Origin: Lachnospiraceae bacterium
GTDB lineage: Bacteria; Bacillota; Clostridia; Lachnospirales; Lachnospiraceae
Assembly (NCBI GenBank): GCA_017548765.1
Contig: JAFYZH010000057.1
Location: forward strand, 50,673-114,672
Direction of reading: 5' to 3'
DNA length: 64,000 bases
The position numbers and the translations under genes are program-made. The first letter of the stretch is position 1; every line of letters begins with the position of its first letter. Of this stretch, positions 1 through 8,755 are shown piece by piece. The notes under the pieces are model-generated. The model was not told the DNA's origin. It saw only the letters and a program-made list of their open reading frames with translations, and searched no databases.

Positions 1-189
1 TCCGATGAGAAGCTCGTTGAGATCATCCGCAAGCACTTCGACCTGCGCCCGGCCGGCATCATCAAGATGCTGGATCTGCGCCGCCCGATCTACAAGCAGA
101 CGGCAGCGTATGGACACTTCGGAAGAGACGATCTGGATCTTCCTTGGGAGCGCCTCGACATGGTCGACACATTAAAAGCTTACAAGTAA
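1..189 (+). CDS. metK: S-adenosylmethionine synthetase, C-terminal 62 codons (5' part outside window)
   Basis: Frame 1 reads [53 protein letters not shown]..., the conserved MetK C-terminus. TAA at 187-189. Confidence 0.85.
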   Translation, partial: SDEKLVEIIRKHFDLRPAGIIKMLDLRRPIYKQTAAYGHFGRDDLDLPWERLDMVDTLKAYK

Positions 190-205
190 CACATATTGCA
201 TACTC

Positions 206-251
206 AGCAAGGTGAGAAGAGGTTGGGACCTTTATTCACCTTGCTTTTTTT
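206..251 (+). terminator. rho-independent terminator of metK
   Basis: AGCAAGGTGA (206-215) pairs with TCACCTTGCT (236-245), followed by TTTTTT (246-251). Confidence 0.7.
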
Positions 252-316
252 CGATCGAAACCGACCGAGCCAAACGGTTTTGACCGATATATTAAAGACA
301 GCAGAGGGCTTGGAAA

Positions 317-1948
317 ATGAAAAGACAATTGAATTCGATGAAGGTGCTTGCGGCGGGACTGACGCTCGCAGGCGTGGTTGCATTATCCGGATGTAAGGGT
401 TCGGAGCCGAAGGAGTCACAGGCGGAGACTACCACGGCCGCTGCAGAGCAGACGACGCAGGGAGAAGCTACGGAGGCGGCCTCCGGGCAGGCAACAGAAG
501 CGCAGACAACGGTGAACGAAACGACCGCGCCGAAGAAACAGGCGTCGAAATCGTTCCTCGACACTTGGCTGACATTAGTCGGAAAGGCCGACCTCTCGGT
601 CTACGAAAACCGCGAGATCATTGACCCCTTGATCGAAGAAGCGAAGAAGATATTTGAAGATCCGGACGCGACCCAGGAGGATGTCGACCGCGTGGCTTAT
701 GGCCTGCGCGACACCTTTAAACTCCTGAATGACGGAAGCAACCTTCCGCGTCCGCAGGACACCGTCGCAAACGCGGGCATGCCCGATCCGTACATATTCG
801 CGGATGGGACCGTGATGACGAGCCTGGATACATGGGCGGACCGTCAGAAAGAGATCGCCACGATGTACCAGTACTATATGTACGGGTATTGGCGTGACGG
901 GTCCGACGAGAAATTGACCTATGAATATAATGCGGCGAGCGGGAAGTTGACGGTCCATGTGGAGCGCGTCAGCACCGGCGCGAAGGCTTCTTTTACGGCG
1001 ACCGTGAAGAAGCCCGCGGAGACGATCGCAGCGCCCGAAGGCGGCTACCCCGTCATCGTCGGGATGCATTCGTATATCAGCGAAAATACCGCGACCGACG
1101 GCGGCTATGCGACGATCACGCTCGACATGCCGACCGCCATCGCATCCGACGACCTGTTGCATAAGGGCGCGTTCTACGACCTGTATCCGTACGGCGGAAA
1201 CTGGAAGGAGCAGACCGGCGTCCTGATGGCGTGGAGCTGGGGATGCTCGAAGATCCTCGATGCACTGGAAGCAGGGCTCGCGGAAGAAACGAATATCAGT
1301 CCGGTCAATACGATCGTGACCGGTGTGTCCCGCTATGGTAAGGCGACCGCAGTCTGCGGTGCTTTCGAGAAGCGGTTTAAGATGGTCGCCCCGTCCTGCT
1401 CGGGTGCCGGCGGCCTGGCGCTGTATCGCTACGAGTCGAAGGGGAAGACCTACGACTTTACGTCGAAAGGCGTGGAGAACCCTTACACTTATGGTGCGAA
1501 CGAGCCCATCAGCAGCCTGCAGTCCGCTGCGGAGCGCGGCTGGTTCAACGAAGCATTTTCCAATTTCGGAACCCCGGAGAAGATGCCGGTGGAGCAGTAC
1601 ATGTTGCCTGCGGTCGCGGCGGATCCGGACCGTTACTATTTCATCATCGGCTCCTGCATCAGCGAAGACTGGGTCAATGCTCCTTCCATGTGGGCGTGCT
1701 ACCTCGGCGCGAAGAGTATCTATGACACCTTAGGCCTGTCCGACCATCTGGCGATCAACATCCATAAGGAAGGACATGCGGTCATCGACGAAGATGTCGA
1801 ATATATGATGCAGTACTTCAACTACCATGTGTACGGGATCGAGCCGACCATGGACCTGAGTCTGCTTCAGACGTCCGTATTTGCCGAGCCGGCAAATGCA
1901 GACCCGGCCTGGGACGAAATGTTCACCGGCTGGACGAAATTTGAATGA
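317..1948 (+). CDS. secreted lipoprotein, carbohydrate esterase family 15 (glucuronoyl esterase)-like
   Basis: Signal peptide with lipobox LSGC. GVSRYGKATAV...SCSGAGG resembles the bacterial CE15 G-x-S-R-x-G-K nucleophile motif. Thr/Ala/Gln-rich linker after the lipobox. Confidence 0.55.
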   Translation: MKRQLNSMKVLAAGLTLAGVVALSGCKGSEPKESQAETTTAAAEQTTQGEATEAASGQATEAQTTVNETTAPKKQASKSFLDTWLTLVGKADLSVYENREIIDPLIEEAKKIFEDPDATQEDVDRVAYGLRDTFKLLNDGSNLPRPQDTVANAGMPDPYIFADGTVMTSLDTWADRQKEIATMYQYYMYGYWRDGSDEKLTYEYNAASGKLTVHVERVSTGAKASFTATVKKPAETIAAPEGGYPVIVGMHSYISENTATDGGYATITLDMPTAIASDDLLHKGAFYDLYPYGGNWKEQTGVLMAWSWGCSKILDALEAGLAEETNISPVNTIVTGVSRYGKATAVCGAFEKRFKMVAPSCSGAGGLALYRYESKGKTYDFTSKGVENPYTYGANEPISSLQSAAERGWFNEAFSNFGTPEKMPVEQYMLPAVAADPDRYYFIIGSCISEDWVNAPSMWACYLGAKSIYDTLGLSDHLAINIHKEGHAVIDEDVEYMMQYFNYHVYGIEPTMDLSLLQTSVFAEPANADPAWDEMFTGWTKFE

Positions 1949-1981
1949 TGCCCTGCCTTAGGGCATACGAAAGGTATAAAA

Positions 1982-2470
1982 ATGGCTAAATCAAAAGAGA
2001 TCAAAACGAACGCGATGCGCATCCTGGAGCGGATGAAGATCGCATATACCGAGCTCTCCTACGAGCCCGAGGGAGAGTTTGAGGATGGGATCCACACCGC
2101 GGATATGCTCGGCCTGCCGCACGAAAAAGTATACAAAACGCTGGTCTGCCGGAGCAGCGCGAAGGACTTCTTCGTGTTCGTCATCCCGATCGAGGCGGAA
2201 CTGGACCTGAAGGCCGCGGCGGCCTGCGTGGGCGTGAAGAGCGTGGAGATGATCCACGTGAAGGAGATAAAGGACATCACCGGCTATGTGCGCGGCGGAT
2301 GCACCTCGATCGGCATGAAGAAGAACTATCCGACCGTGATCGACGAGAGCGCGCAGGCGCTGCCCGACATGTACGTGAGCGCGGGCCGCATCGGCGCCCA
2401 GATCAACCTCAAACCCGACGATCTGGCGAAAGCGGCAGGAGCGAAGTTCGCGGCGATTATAAGAAAATAA
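1982..2470 (+). CDS. ybaK: Cys-tRNA(Pro)/Cys-tRNA(Cys) deacylase YbaK
   Basis: 162 aa. The N-terminus KTNAMRILERMKIAYTELSYE and the overall length are typical of Firmicute YbaK. Confidence 0.7.
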   Translation: MAKSKEIKTNAMRILERMKIAYTELSYEPEGEFEDGIHTADMLGLPHEKVYKTLVCRSSAKDFFVFVIPIEAELDLKAAAACVGVKSVEMIHVKEIKDITGYVRGGCTSIGMKKNYPTVIDESAQALPDMYVSAGRIGAQINLKPDDLAKAAGAKFAAIIRK

Positions 2471-2524
2471 AACAATGGTTTGCTTGCAAACCTTCCCCCT
2501 ATCTTACACCGGGAGGTAAATGAT

Positions 2525-4213
2525 ATGGCAGCAGAACTTGAATTTGATGTAACCGAAAACATTCGGCAGGTCATGGAACAGGCACTTCCGAAGGAGGTGG
2601 CACTGCCGAAGAATGTGGCGCAGACGACCGTACAGGCGTTCATCAGCAATCCATCGGTCGACGCGATCAAAGGGCCGTTTGCGGCGCTCATGCAAGGCGT
2701 GAAGAGCTTTCTGGGCGGCTTCCTCGGCATGTTCAAAAGCAAGAAGGCATTCATCGCGGCGGTGGTGCTCGTCATCAACTGGATCGTGCTATCGATCCTG
2801 GAGAGTAAGGGGATCGACCCCGCGCCGGTAAAGATCCTGTCCTGGGCCACCTTCGGAGGCGGCGTAGGCGATCGTACCGCGCTCGGGATCCTGGGCAATA
2901 TCGCCGGCCGCAGCGTGGTCGCGACCATGATCATTTCCCTGTTTCAGGGGGGCCCGAAGCAGTTTGTAAGCGGCCTGAAGCAGATGTTCTCGAAGAAGAT
3001 CTCAGAGACCGCCATCGGTCTGGTCCCGCAGGAACTGAAGGATGGCGTATCTTCCGTGCGCGCAGCTTCCATGCAGGCGAAACAGACCGTGGACCAGGCG
3101 AAGCAGAACGTGGATCAGGCGGTCGCAAAAGCTAAGAATGAAGTAAATAAAGCAAAAGATATTAAGAAGAGCGGAAACCTCACGTGGTTCATTATGGGCG
3201 TGGGGCTTTCGCTCATGCTGTATGAATTCTTCACCGGCGCGCCTTCACTTACGAAATCTATGGCGGGCATCTCCGGCGCCTTCGTCGCCGTGGCTGCCCT
3301 GGGTAAGAAAAACGGGTGGATCCGCACCATGGCACAGGCATTTACCGCGAAGAAGACCGAGGGGATCCGGAAGCTGAACGAGGCCGGAACGAAGCGGTTG
3401 ATGGCCGGCATCACGGCCGGATTTGCCGCGGCGGTCCCGCTGTCCGCCCTTCCCATCGCGGACGATGAGGTCTGGATGCACCTGCACATGATCCTCGGTA
3501 TCGCCCTGGTGTTGCTCGCATTGATCGTGGCAGCATGGAAGGACTTCAGCCCAGCCACGCTCTGGTTCATCTTCTTCGGAGCCGCGCTGATCGCAGTGAT
3601 CGGCTTCTTCGGTTCCCGTTTCGTGGAGCCCGTGGAGCAGGAGAAGAAACCGCAGTCCGCGAAGACGGGCAGCAAACCGGTCGAGCCGGAGGGCGCTTCC
3701 TACGGAAAGGGCAATGAGTCGGACCTCTATGTAGCGGAGGATGGCCGGGTCGCATTTTACGATCTGGGTAAGAACTTCGTCTGCATGGTTTCGCCACTGA
3801 ATGGTTTCTCGCTGGATCGGGAGGATTCCCGTCCCTCGAATATCGAGTATATTCTGGACAGTGACGCGGATGTCGGATACAACGTATGGTGCATTGGAGA
3901 CAATACGAAAAAAGGCTTAAACGGAAAGATGGAGGCAGACTATCCGGACTATGTTTTGGAACGAACGTCGTTGGGATACGTGGCCGGAGGCACCCGTGAG
4001 ATCTTTAAAGGTCACGAAACTTATACATCGGATTACAGAGGTGCGGTGGAGAATTGGTTCCTGTTTATCCCGTATCAACATACCGACTCCAAGACAGGGG
4101 AAACGTATACAGAAGCATTGACCGTGCAGTTTGAAGATACACTGGCGGAAACCGTAAGCAAATGGACCGATGAGCAGTGGCAAAAAGCGGCCCAGATGAT
4201 CTTCGGACAGTAG
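2525..4213 (+). CDS. polytopic membrane protein, unknown function (563 aa)
   Basis: ATG at 2525 is preceded by GGGAGG; the TTG at 2480 in the ORF track lacks an RBS. Several hydrophobic helices and a K/Q/A coiled stretch. No motif recognised. Confidence 0.6.
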   Translation: MAAELEFDVTENIRQVMEQALPKEVALPKNVAQTTVQAFISNPSVDAIKGPFAALMQGVKSFLGGFLGMFKSKKAFIAAVVLVINWIVLSILESKGIDPAPVKILSWATFGGGVGDRTALGILGNIAGRSVVATMIISLFQGGPKQFVSGLKQMFSKKISETAIGLVPQELKDGVSSVRAASMQAKQTVDQAKQNVDQAVAKAKNEVNKAKDIKKSGNLTWFIMGVGLSLMLYEFFTGAPSLTKSMAGISGAFVAVAALGKKNGWIRTMAQAFTAKKTEGIRKLNEAGTKRLMAGITAGFAAAVPLSALPIADDEVWMHLHMILGIALVLLALIVAAWKDFSPATLWFIFFGAALIAVIGFFGSRFVEPVEQEKKPQSAKTGSKPVEPEGASYGKGNESDLYVAEDGRVAFYDLGKNFVCMVSPLNGFSLDREDSRPSNIEYILDSDADVGYNVWCIGDNTKKGLNGKMEADYPDYVLERTSLGYVAGGTREIFKGHETYTSDYRGAVENWFLFIPYQHTDSKTGETYTEALTVQFEDTLAETVSKWTDEQWQKAAQMIFGQ

Positions 4214-4228
4214 AAAGGAGGCGGTCGT

Positions 4229-7200
4229 ATGAAGAAAACTCGCAGACTTCAAAGAGCCATTCGTTTTTGGACAGCGATCCTGATCGGCGTTCTGTTCGTT
4301 GCGGCGCCGCTTCTTTGCCTCTCCCCGGATGTGGTCCATGCCGAAGAAGAAACGAAGGCAGAGGCTCCCCGTGAGGGAAAGGCCGTCCAGGTGGTAGACG
4401 GAAGCAGAAAGACGAATTCCCCCTTCTACATCAAATATCATGTGTCCGGTGGCCGGGATTTTACGTTTCATTATAACGACAGTTCGTGGCTCGGGAATTC
4501 CTGGACATCGGATGTCACCGCTTCCGCAGGGGAAAATGTCACACTGAACTATGAGGCTTCCATGCCCACGGTAGATATGGTCGTGGCGACCTGTTGGAGC
4601 TGGATGTATGACGACCGGGATCCGACAAAAGGTCCGTTTAAGGAGTCCGACATGGATGTGGGGACCTATGATTTCCAGGCATATGTCGTGACGGCTATCC
4701 GCTACTATGATAAGGACGGAGAGGTGATCGATGAAAAGGAGGAGACCAAAGATCTGGCCAGCTTCGGCGCGGTCGATTCCGGATCTTTCAGCATCAACAT
4801 CAAACCCGGGACGAAAAGCGTAACCGTCAGCATCGGTTCGTATTTTAAAGTAAAAAACAGAAAGAATCCCAACTCCGGACTTCAGTATGATAACTTCGCA
4901 TCCTACGTCGGATACAGTCTGTACGTTGATGTGAAGGCGGAAGCGGCGGGTATAACGGATATCATTTTCTCCGACGCGGATGAAAAACCGGGCGAAGTCG
5001 ATGGTGGCGAGATCGATGACGAGATCGTTGCCCCGACCGGCGAGCATAAGTCCGAGGAAAAAGACGACGATAAGGGCGGTAAGAAGCCGTCTGTACCGCT
5101 GATCCCCACAGCGATTTCGATCGGAGGAGCGGGCATCGTAGGCGCGACGGTCGGAGCGATCGCCGGTTCCGGCGGTGGCGGCGGGGCCGGTGGAGCAGCG
5201 GGAGGCGCAGGAGCTTCCGGCGGCGGAACGGCAGGCGCGGGCGGAAATGGACCGATCGGAGCACCGGAGGGTGCAGGAGCCGCGGGTGGTTCTGCCGGTG
5301 GTTCCGGAGCCGAGGGCCAGAATAAGCCCGACCGCAACGAGACCGACGAAGAGAAAAAGAAGAAGTACAAACTGAAGATCTATAAGGACTTCGGAAACAT
5401 CATTATCCCGGGTGCATCGCCCGTGATCGTGTACGCGCGCGTGGTCGAAGTATCGCCGCAGGGCACGGAGACCGATCGTCCGGATCTTTCGAAGAACATA
5501 AGGATATTCTCCCCGGATAATATCCTGGGCATCCAGGAGCAGGAGGCGCTCGCCGGAACGTATAAGGCCGCGCGTGCCTGGGTCCAGGATCCGAACACGC
5601 AGGAGAAAGAAGCCGAGATCGCGTTCCAGTACCGCGGAAAGGGAGGCTCCTTCACTAACCGGATGAAGTTCGTCCTCGCTGTGCCGGAGATCGTTTTCGA
5701 CCAGCCGAACATCACGCTCCCGCTGGGATTTAAGGGCGAGATTAAGCCGTATTTCATAGTCCTCGGCATGAATGCAGAGGGTCTGAAGGTCAATGCCTCC
5801 GTCAAACCGGAGGATGCGTACGAGGTTTCCGTTGAGCCCATTGAGGCAGATTTCGGAACCAACCTGGCCCGCGCATATTACGCGGTGATCAAAGAAAAAG
5901 AGAAGGCGGATCCGATGGATGACCGCCCGGCGGCTGCCATCGACAACTACACATTGACCGTGCGCGCAGAACAGACGGACGGCCGATACCTCGAGGAACA
6001 GCTGTACATTGGCCGCCTGAAGGAAGGTATCTCGATCGCAGTAGATAAGATCGACTGCTGTCTGATCCCGACCGACGAAGGAAAGACGAAGCCGTTCACC
6101 CAGCGGCAGAAGACCGATTATAAGATCGCGAAGACGGTCACGACGGTCCGCGTGCTGGAGTGTGATAAAGAGAACGAGAAGGTCCATGTTTACGCGCCGC
6201 TGCTGACCGGCTTTTCGGTCCATGCGGTACGCGAAGAGGACGAGGAGATCGTAAAGGCGCTCGGTATAGCCCTGGATGCGGGGGAAAGCGAGCCGGAGAT
6301 CCTGAAGGACGGCTCCCTGGTCGTTACGCTGCAGTGCTCGAAGGCGGTGCTGGACGCGCCGCGTCGGATCCAGGCCGTGGTCACGGTGAAAGGATGCGTG
6401 GAAGACCGGGAATACGAGTGCTCGAAGGAAGTCCTGCTGCTGAGTCAGCCCAGCCGTTACAACGAGTACGGCATGCTCAGCGCGGAGGACCGCGAGAAGG
6501 ATCAGCGTCTGCGCGAAGGTCTGGAGACCCTGCGTGGCCATATTTGGGATAACTACATGCAGAACCTCGGACCGGTCTACCGATTGGCGGGCGAACAGCT
6601 CTATGGTTATGACGAAGAGTACGGTTTCGACGAAGAGACGGTATTCTACCTGGTTGAAGTTTACAACGGTTTCCTGCGAGGAGACATCGTCGGCGCGAAC
6701 GCTACACCGACGCCGGACATGAGTATCGGCGAGTGTATTTGGTGCTTCTACGCCGAGATGGCAAAATCGGCCAATGAGATCGAAGAAAGCGCCGGCCTGA
6801 GCGGGCGTCTGGCTCTGGGCTTCCTGACCGTCGGGCTTTCGGAAGTGGCATTCTGGACCATGGATTTCCTCCGGGTTCCGTATAATATGCAGCAGGCCAT
6901 GGAAAACGGCGAAGAAAGCGTTGCAGGAGTCATGTGGGCCGGAGCGAAACCGTTTGTTTTCGCCTATGCCGGAGAGAAGGTACTGGGCTGGCTCGCAGGC
7001 AAGGCCTGGGGTAAATTGACCGCGAAGTTCCCGTCACTCGTAAGTCTCGAGAAAGCCTACCTCAATTACGCGGCGAAGATCCAAGGCTTCAATCAAAAGT
7101 TCTCGCTCGGTAAGGGACCGAAGGCGACCGTCGGCACGAATGGCCGCGGACAGGTCGAAAATCCCGCGCACGCGAAAGATAACTTCAACAGTTCCAAGAG

Positions 7201-8350
7201 TTCGAGCGGAGCGCAGAAGGCTGCGACCGAGATGGGCAACCTGCGCGCGAAGGCCGAAAACAACGTCGACCGCCTGCTTCGCAAGACGCGTCAGAGCGGC
7301 AAGGCGTCGCAGTTGTCCGACGAGTTTGTGAAGGCCAGCCGCGAGGGCCTCGAGCTGGTGAAGGATCTCGAACGGGCATACAACCAGAATAAACTCTACC
7401 CCAGCGCGGAGAATGCCGCGAAACTGGAGGCGATGTATAAAGAGGTCCGCGCAAACTATTACGCGAAACAGCAGCTGAAGGACCTGCACGATTTATACGC
7501 GACGGAACTTCGTATGAAGTACAACGAGTATTGGGGCGGTAAGGACACCGCGATCAAAGCCGGGGCCACGAAGCGCATTTCCGGTAAAACGGGTATCCCC
7601 GAGAAGGATATCTATTTCAAGAGCGTGTCGGGCAATGCCGAACTTAAGCTGAAGACCGGCCGGACCAGCGCCGTGGATACGGACCTGACCGGCTACCAGA
7701 AGCGAGGCTCGATGGGCGACATCGAGATCCGGGATACCGTGCAGGCGAACGAAGTAGCATTTGAGGTGCACGAGCAGATCACGGGTCAGAAGACGACCGA
7801 TATCAACGTCGCGTTGGAAACCTGCCGTAAATACGATTATACCGTCGTAGCAGGCGCAAACCAGCATGCGGCGGAGAAATACCTGCAGGTAGAGCGATTG
7901 CTCACTCCTGAGGGTCACAAGCTCAAATTGGAGTATGCGGAGTGGAATGCCCAGGTAACGACGCACAAAGTTCAGATGCATATCGACGAGGCGAAAGCCG
8001 CCCTGGCAGAAGCAGCGAAACATCCGCCGGGAAGCAAGGCGCAGAAAGACCTGCTCGATAAGGCCTGCAACGAGTATTTTGAAGGCTTCCGGAATGGTTG
8101 TAAGCAGAGCAACCGAACCTCCCTTCCTCGTAATAAGGAGCTGATGATCGAGGGTAATCCGAACGCCATCACCGAGGACGAGATGACCATGCACGCGCTG
8201 ATCGAGCGCGCGATCAAAGGCCCGCAGGACGGCCACATCGGCTGTGACATGGGCGATGTCTACAACGTTTTGGACGACATGGGCTACGGAGCCGAAGGCT
8301 ACGCAAAAGCGACCGGCGACATGGTACTGAAGACCGCCGGCGGAAAGTAA
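4229..8350 (+). CDS. very large membrane-anchored protein, unknown function (1373 aa)
   Basis: GGAGG RBS and signal peptide. TM helix IPTAISIGGAGIVGATVGAIAG runs into a Gly/Ala tract (about 5160-5320). About 1000 aa follow without recognisable motifs. Lies 16 bp after the previous gene. Confidence 0.7.
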   Translation: MKKTRRLQRAIRFWTAILIGVLFVAAPLLCLSPDVVHAEEETKAEAPREGKAVQVVDGSRKTNSPFYIKYHVSGGRDFTFHYNDSSWLGNSWTSDVTASAGENVTLNYEASMPTVDMVVATCWSWMYDDRDPTKGPFKESDMDVGTYDFQAYVVTAIRYYDKDGEVIDEKEETKDLASFGAVDSGSFSINIKPGTKSVTVSIGSYFKVKNRKNPNSGLQYDNFASYVGYSLYVDVKAEAAGITDIIFSDADEKPGEVDGGEIDDEIVAPTGEHKSEEKDDDKGGKKPSVPLIPTAISIGGAGIVGATVGAIAGSGGGGGAGGAAGGAGASGGGTAGAGGNGPIGAPEGAGAAGGSAGGSGAEGQNKPDRNETDEEKKKKYKLKIYKDFGNIIIPGASPVIVYARVVEVSPQGTETDRPDLSKNIRIFSPDNILGIQEQEALAGTYKAARAWVQDPNTQEKEAEIAFQYRGKGGSFTNRMKFVLAVPEIVFDQPNITLPLGFKGEIKPYFIVLGMNAEGLKVNASVKPEDAYEVSVEPIEADFGTNLARAYYAVIKEKEKADPMDDRPAAAIDNYTLTVRAEQTDGRYLEEQLYIGRLKEGISIAVDKIDCCLIPTDEGKTKPFTQRQKTDYKIAKTVTTVRVLECDKENEKVHVYAPLLTGFSVHAVREEDEEIVKALGIALDAGESEPEILKDGSLVVTLQCSKAVLDAPRRIQAVVTVKGCVEDREYECSKEVLLLSQPSRYNEYGMLSAEDREKDQRLREGLETLRGHIWDNYMQNLGPVYRLAGEQLYGYDEEYGFDEETVFYLVEVYNGFLRGDIVGANATPTPDMSIGECIWCFYAEMAKSANEIEESAGLSGRLALGFLTVGLSEVAFWTMDFLRVPYNMQQAMENGEESVAGVMWAGAKPFVFAYAGEKVLGWLAGKAWGKLTAKFPSLVSLEKAYLNYAAKIQGFNQKFSLGKGPKATVGTNGRGQVENPAHAKDNFNSSKSSSGAQKAATEMGNLRAKAENNVDRLLRKTRQSGKASQLSDEFVKASREGLELVKDLERAYNQNKLYPSAENAAKLEAMYKEVRANYYAKQQLKDLHDLYATELRMKYNEYWGGKDTAIKAGATKRISGKTGIPEKDIYFKSVSGNAELKLKTGRTSAVDTDLTGYQKRGSMGDIEIRDTVQANEVAFEVHEQITGQKTTDINVALETCRKYDYTVVAGANQHAAEKYLQVERLLTPEGHKLKLEYAEWNAQVTTHKVQMHIDEAKAALAEAAKHPPGSKAQKDLLDKACNEYFEGFRNGCKQSNRTSLPRNKELMIEGNPNAITEDEMTMHALIERAIKGPQDGHIGCDMGDVYNVLDDMGYGAEGYAKATGDMVLKTAGGK

Positions 8351-8370
8351 AAGATATAATGCTTCTTAAT

Positions 8371-8401
8371 GTGCGGGGCGTCTTTGCGAGATGCCCCGCA
8401 C
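8371..8401 (+). terminator. hairpin after the 1373-aa gene
   Basis: GTGCGGGGC (8371-8379) pairs with GCCCCGCAC (8393-8401). The following T tract is weak (TATTTAT). Confidence 0.45.
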
Positions 8402-8447
8402 TATTTATGAACCACGGATAGGGCTTTAGATTTTCCCTTTTGAGCAA

Positions 8448-8669
8448 CACGACATAGGAAGCGTCTTCTGTAACGTATGTCGTAAATATGTAGCCATAGA
8501 GGAGAGGATTACGACATAGGAGGCGGTGATGTTGTTCATGTCGTAAATGGGAAGCAAGAGAGGAGAGAATTACGACAGAGGATCCGGTGAAAATGTATGT
8601 GTCGTAAATGAAAACAAAAAAAGAACGCAACACGACATGAGGGATGTTGGTTTCGGAAATGTCGTAAAG
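8448..8669. repeat. tandem hairpin array A: 4 units, period 62/61/60 bp
   Basis: ACGACA anchors at 8449, 8511, 8572 and 8632. Each unit has (TT)ACGACAT, about 20 nt, then ATGTCGT(AA), followed by a purine-rich linker (AGAGGAGAGGATT type). Lies between convergent genes. Confidence 0.8.
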
Positions 8670-8682
8670 AGGAAACCAATAA

Positions 8683-8720
8683 ACCCGGGGCCTTGGGATG
8701 CATCTCCCAAGGCCCCGGGT
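8683..8720 (-). terminator. rho-independent terminator of the GH127 gene
   Basis: ACCCGGGGCCTTGGGA (8683-8698) pairs with TCCCAAGGCCCCGGGT (8705-8720). A T-rich run follows on the minus strand. Confidence 0.65.
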
Positions 8721-8755
8721 GCAATATTATATAAATATCAAGACAGAGTCCTACT

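Noticed and set aside
4903-5370. Pro/Ala-rich ORFs on the minus strand (155 and 100 aa)
   Set aside because: They are the reverse complement of the Gly/Ala-coding tract inside the 1373-aa gene, so they are an artefact of GGN/GCN repeats.
3917-6541. 874-codon ORF on the minus strand
   Set aside because: It is antisense to the 563-aa and 1373-aa genes and spans their intergenic gap. The translation is Arg/Leu-rich with no start context. The sense-strand genes have RBSs, a signal peptide and TM helices.
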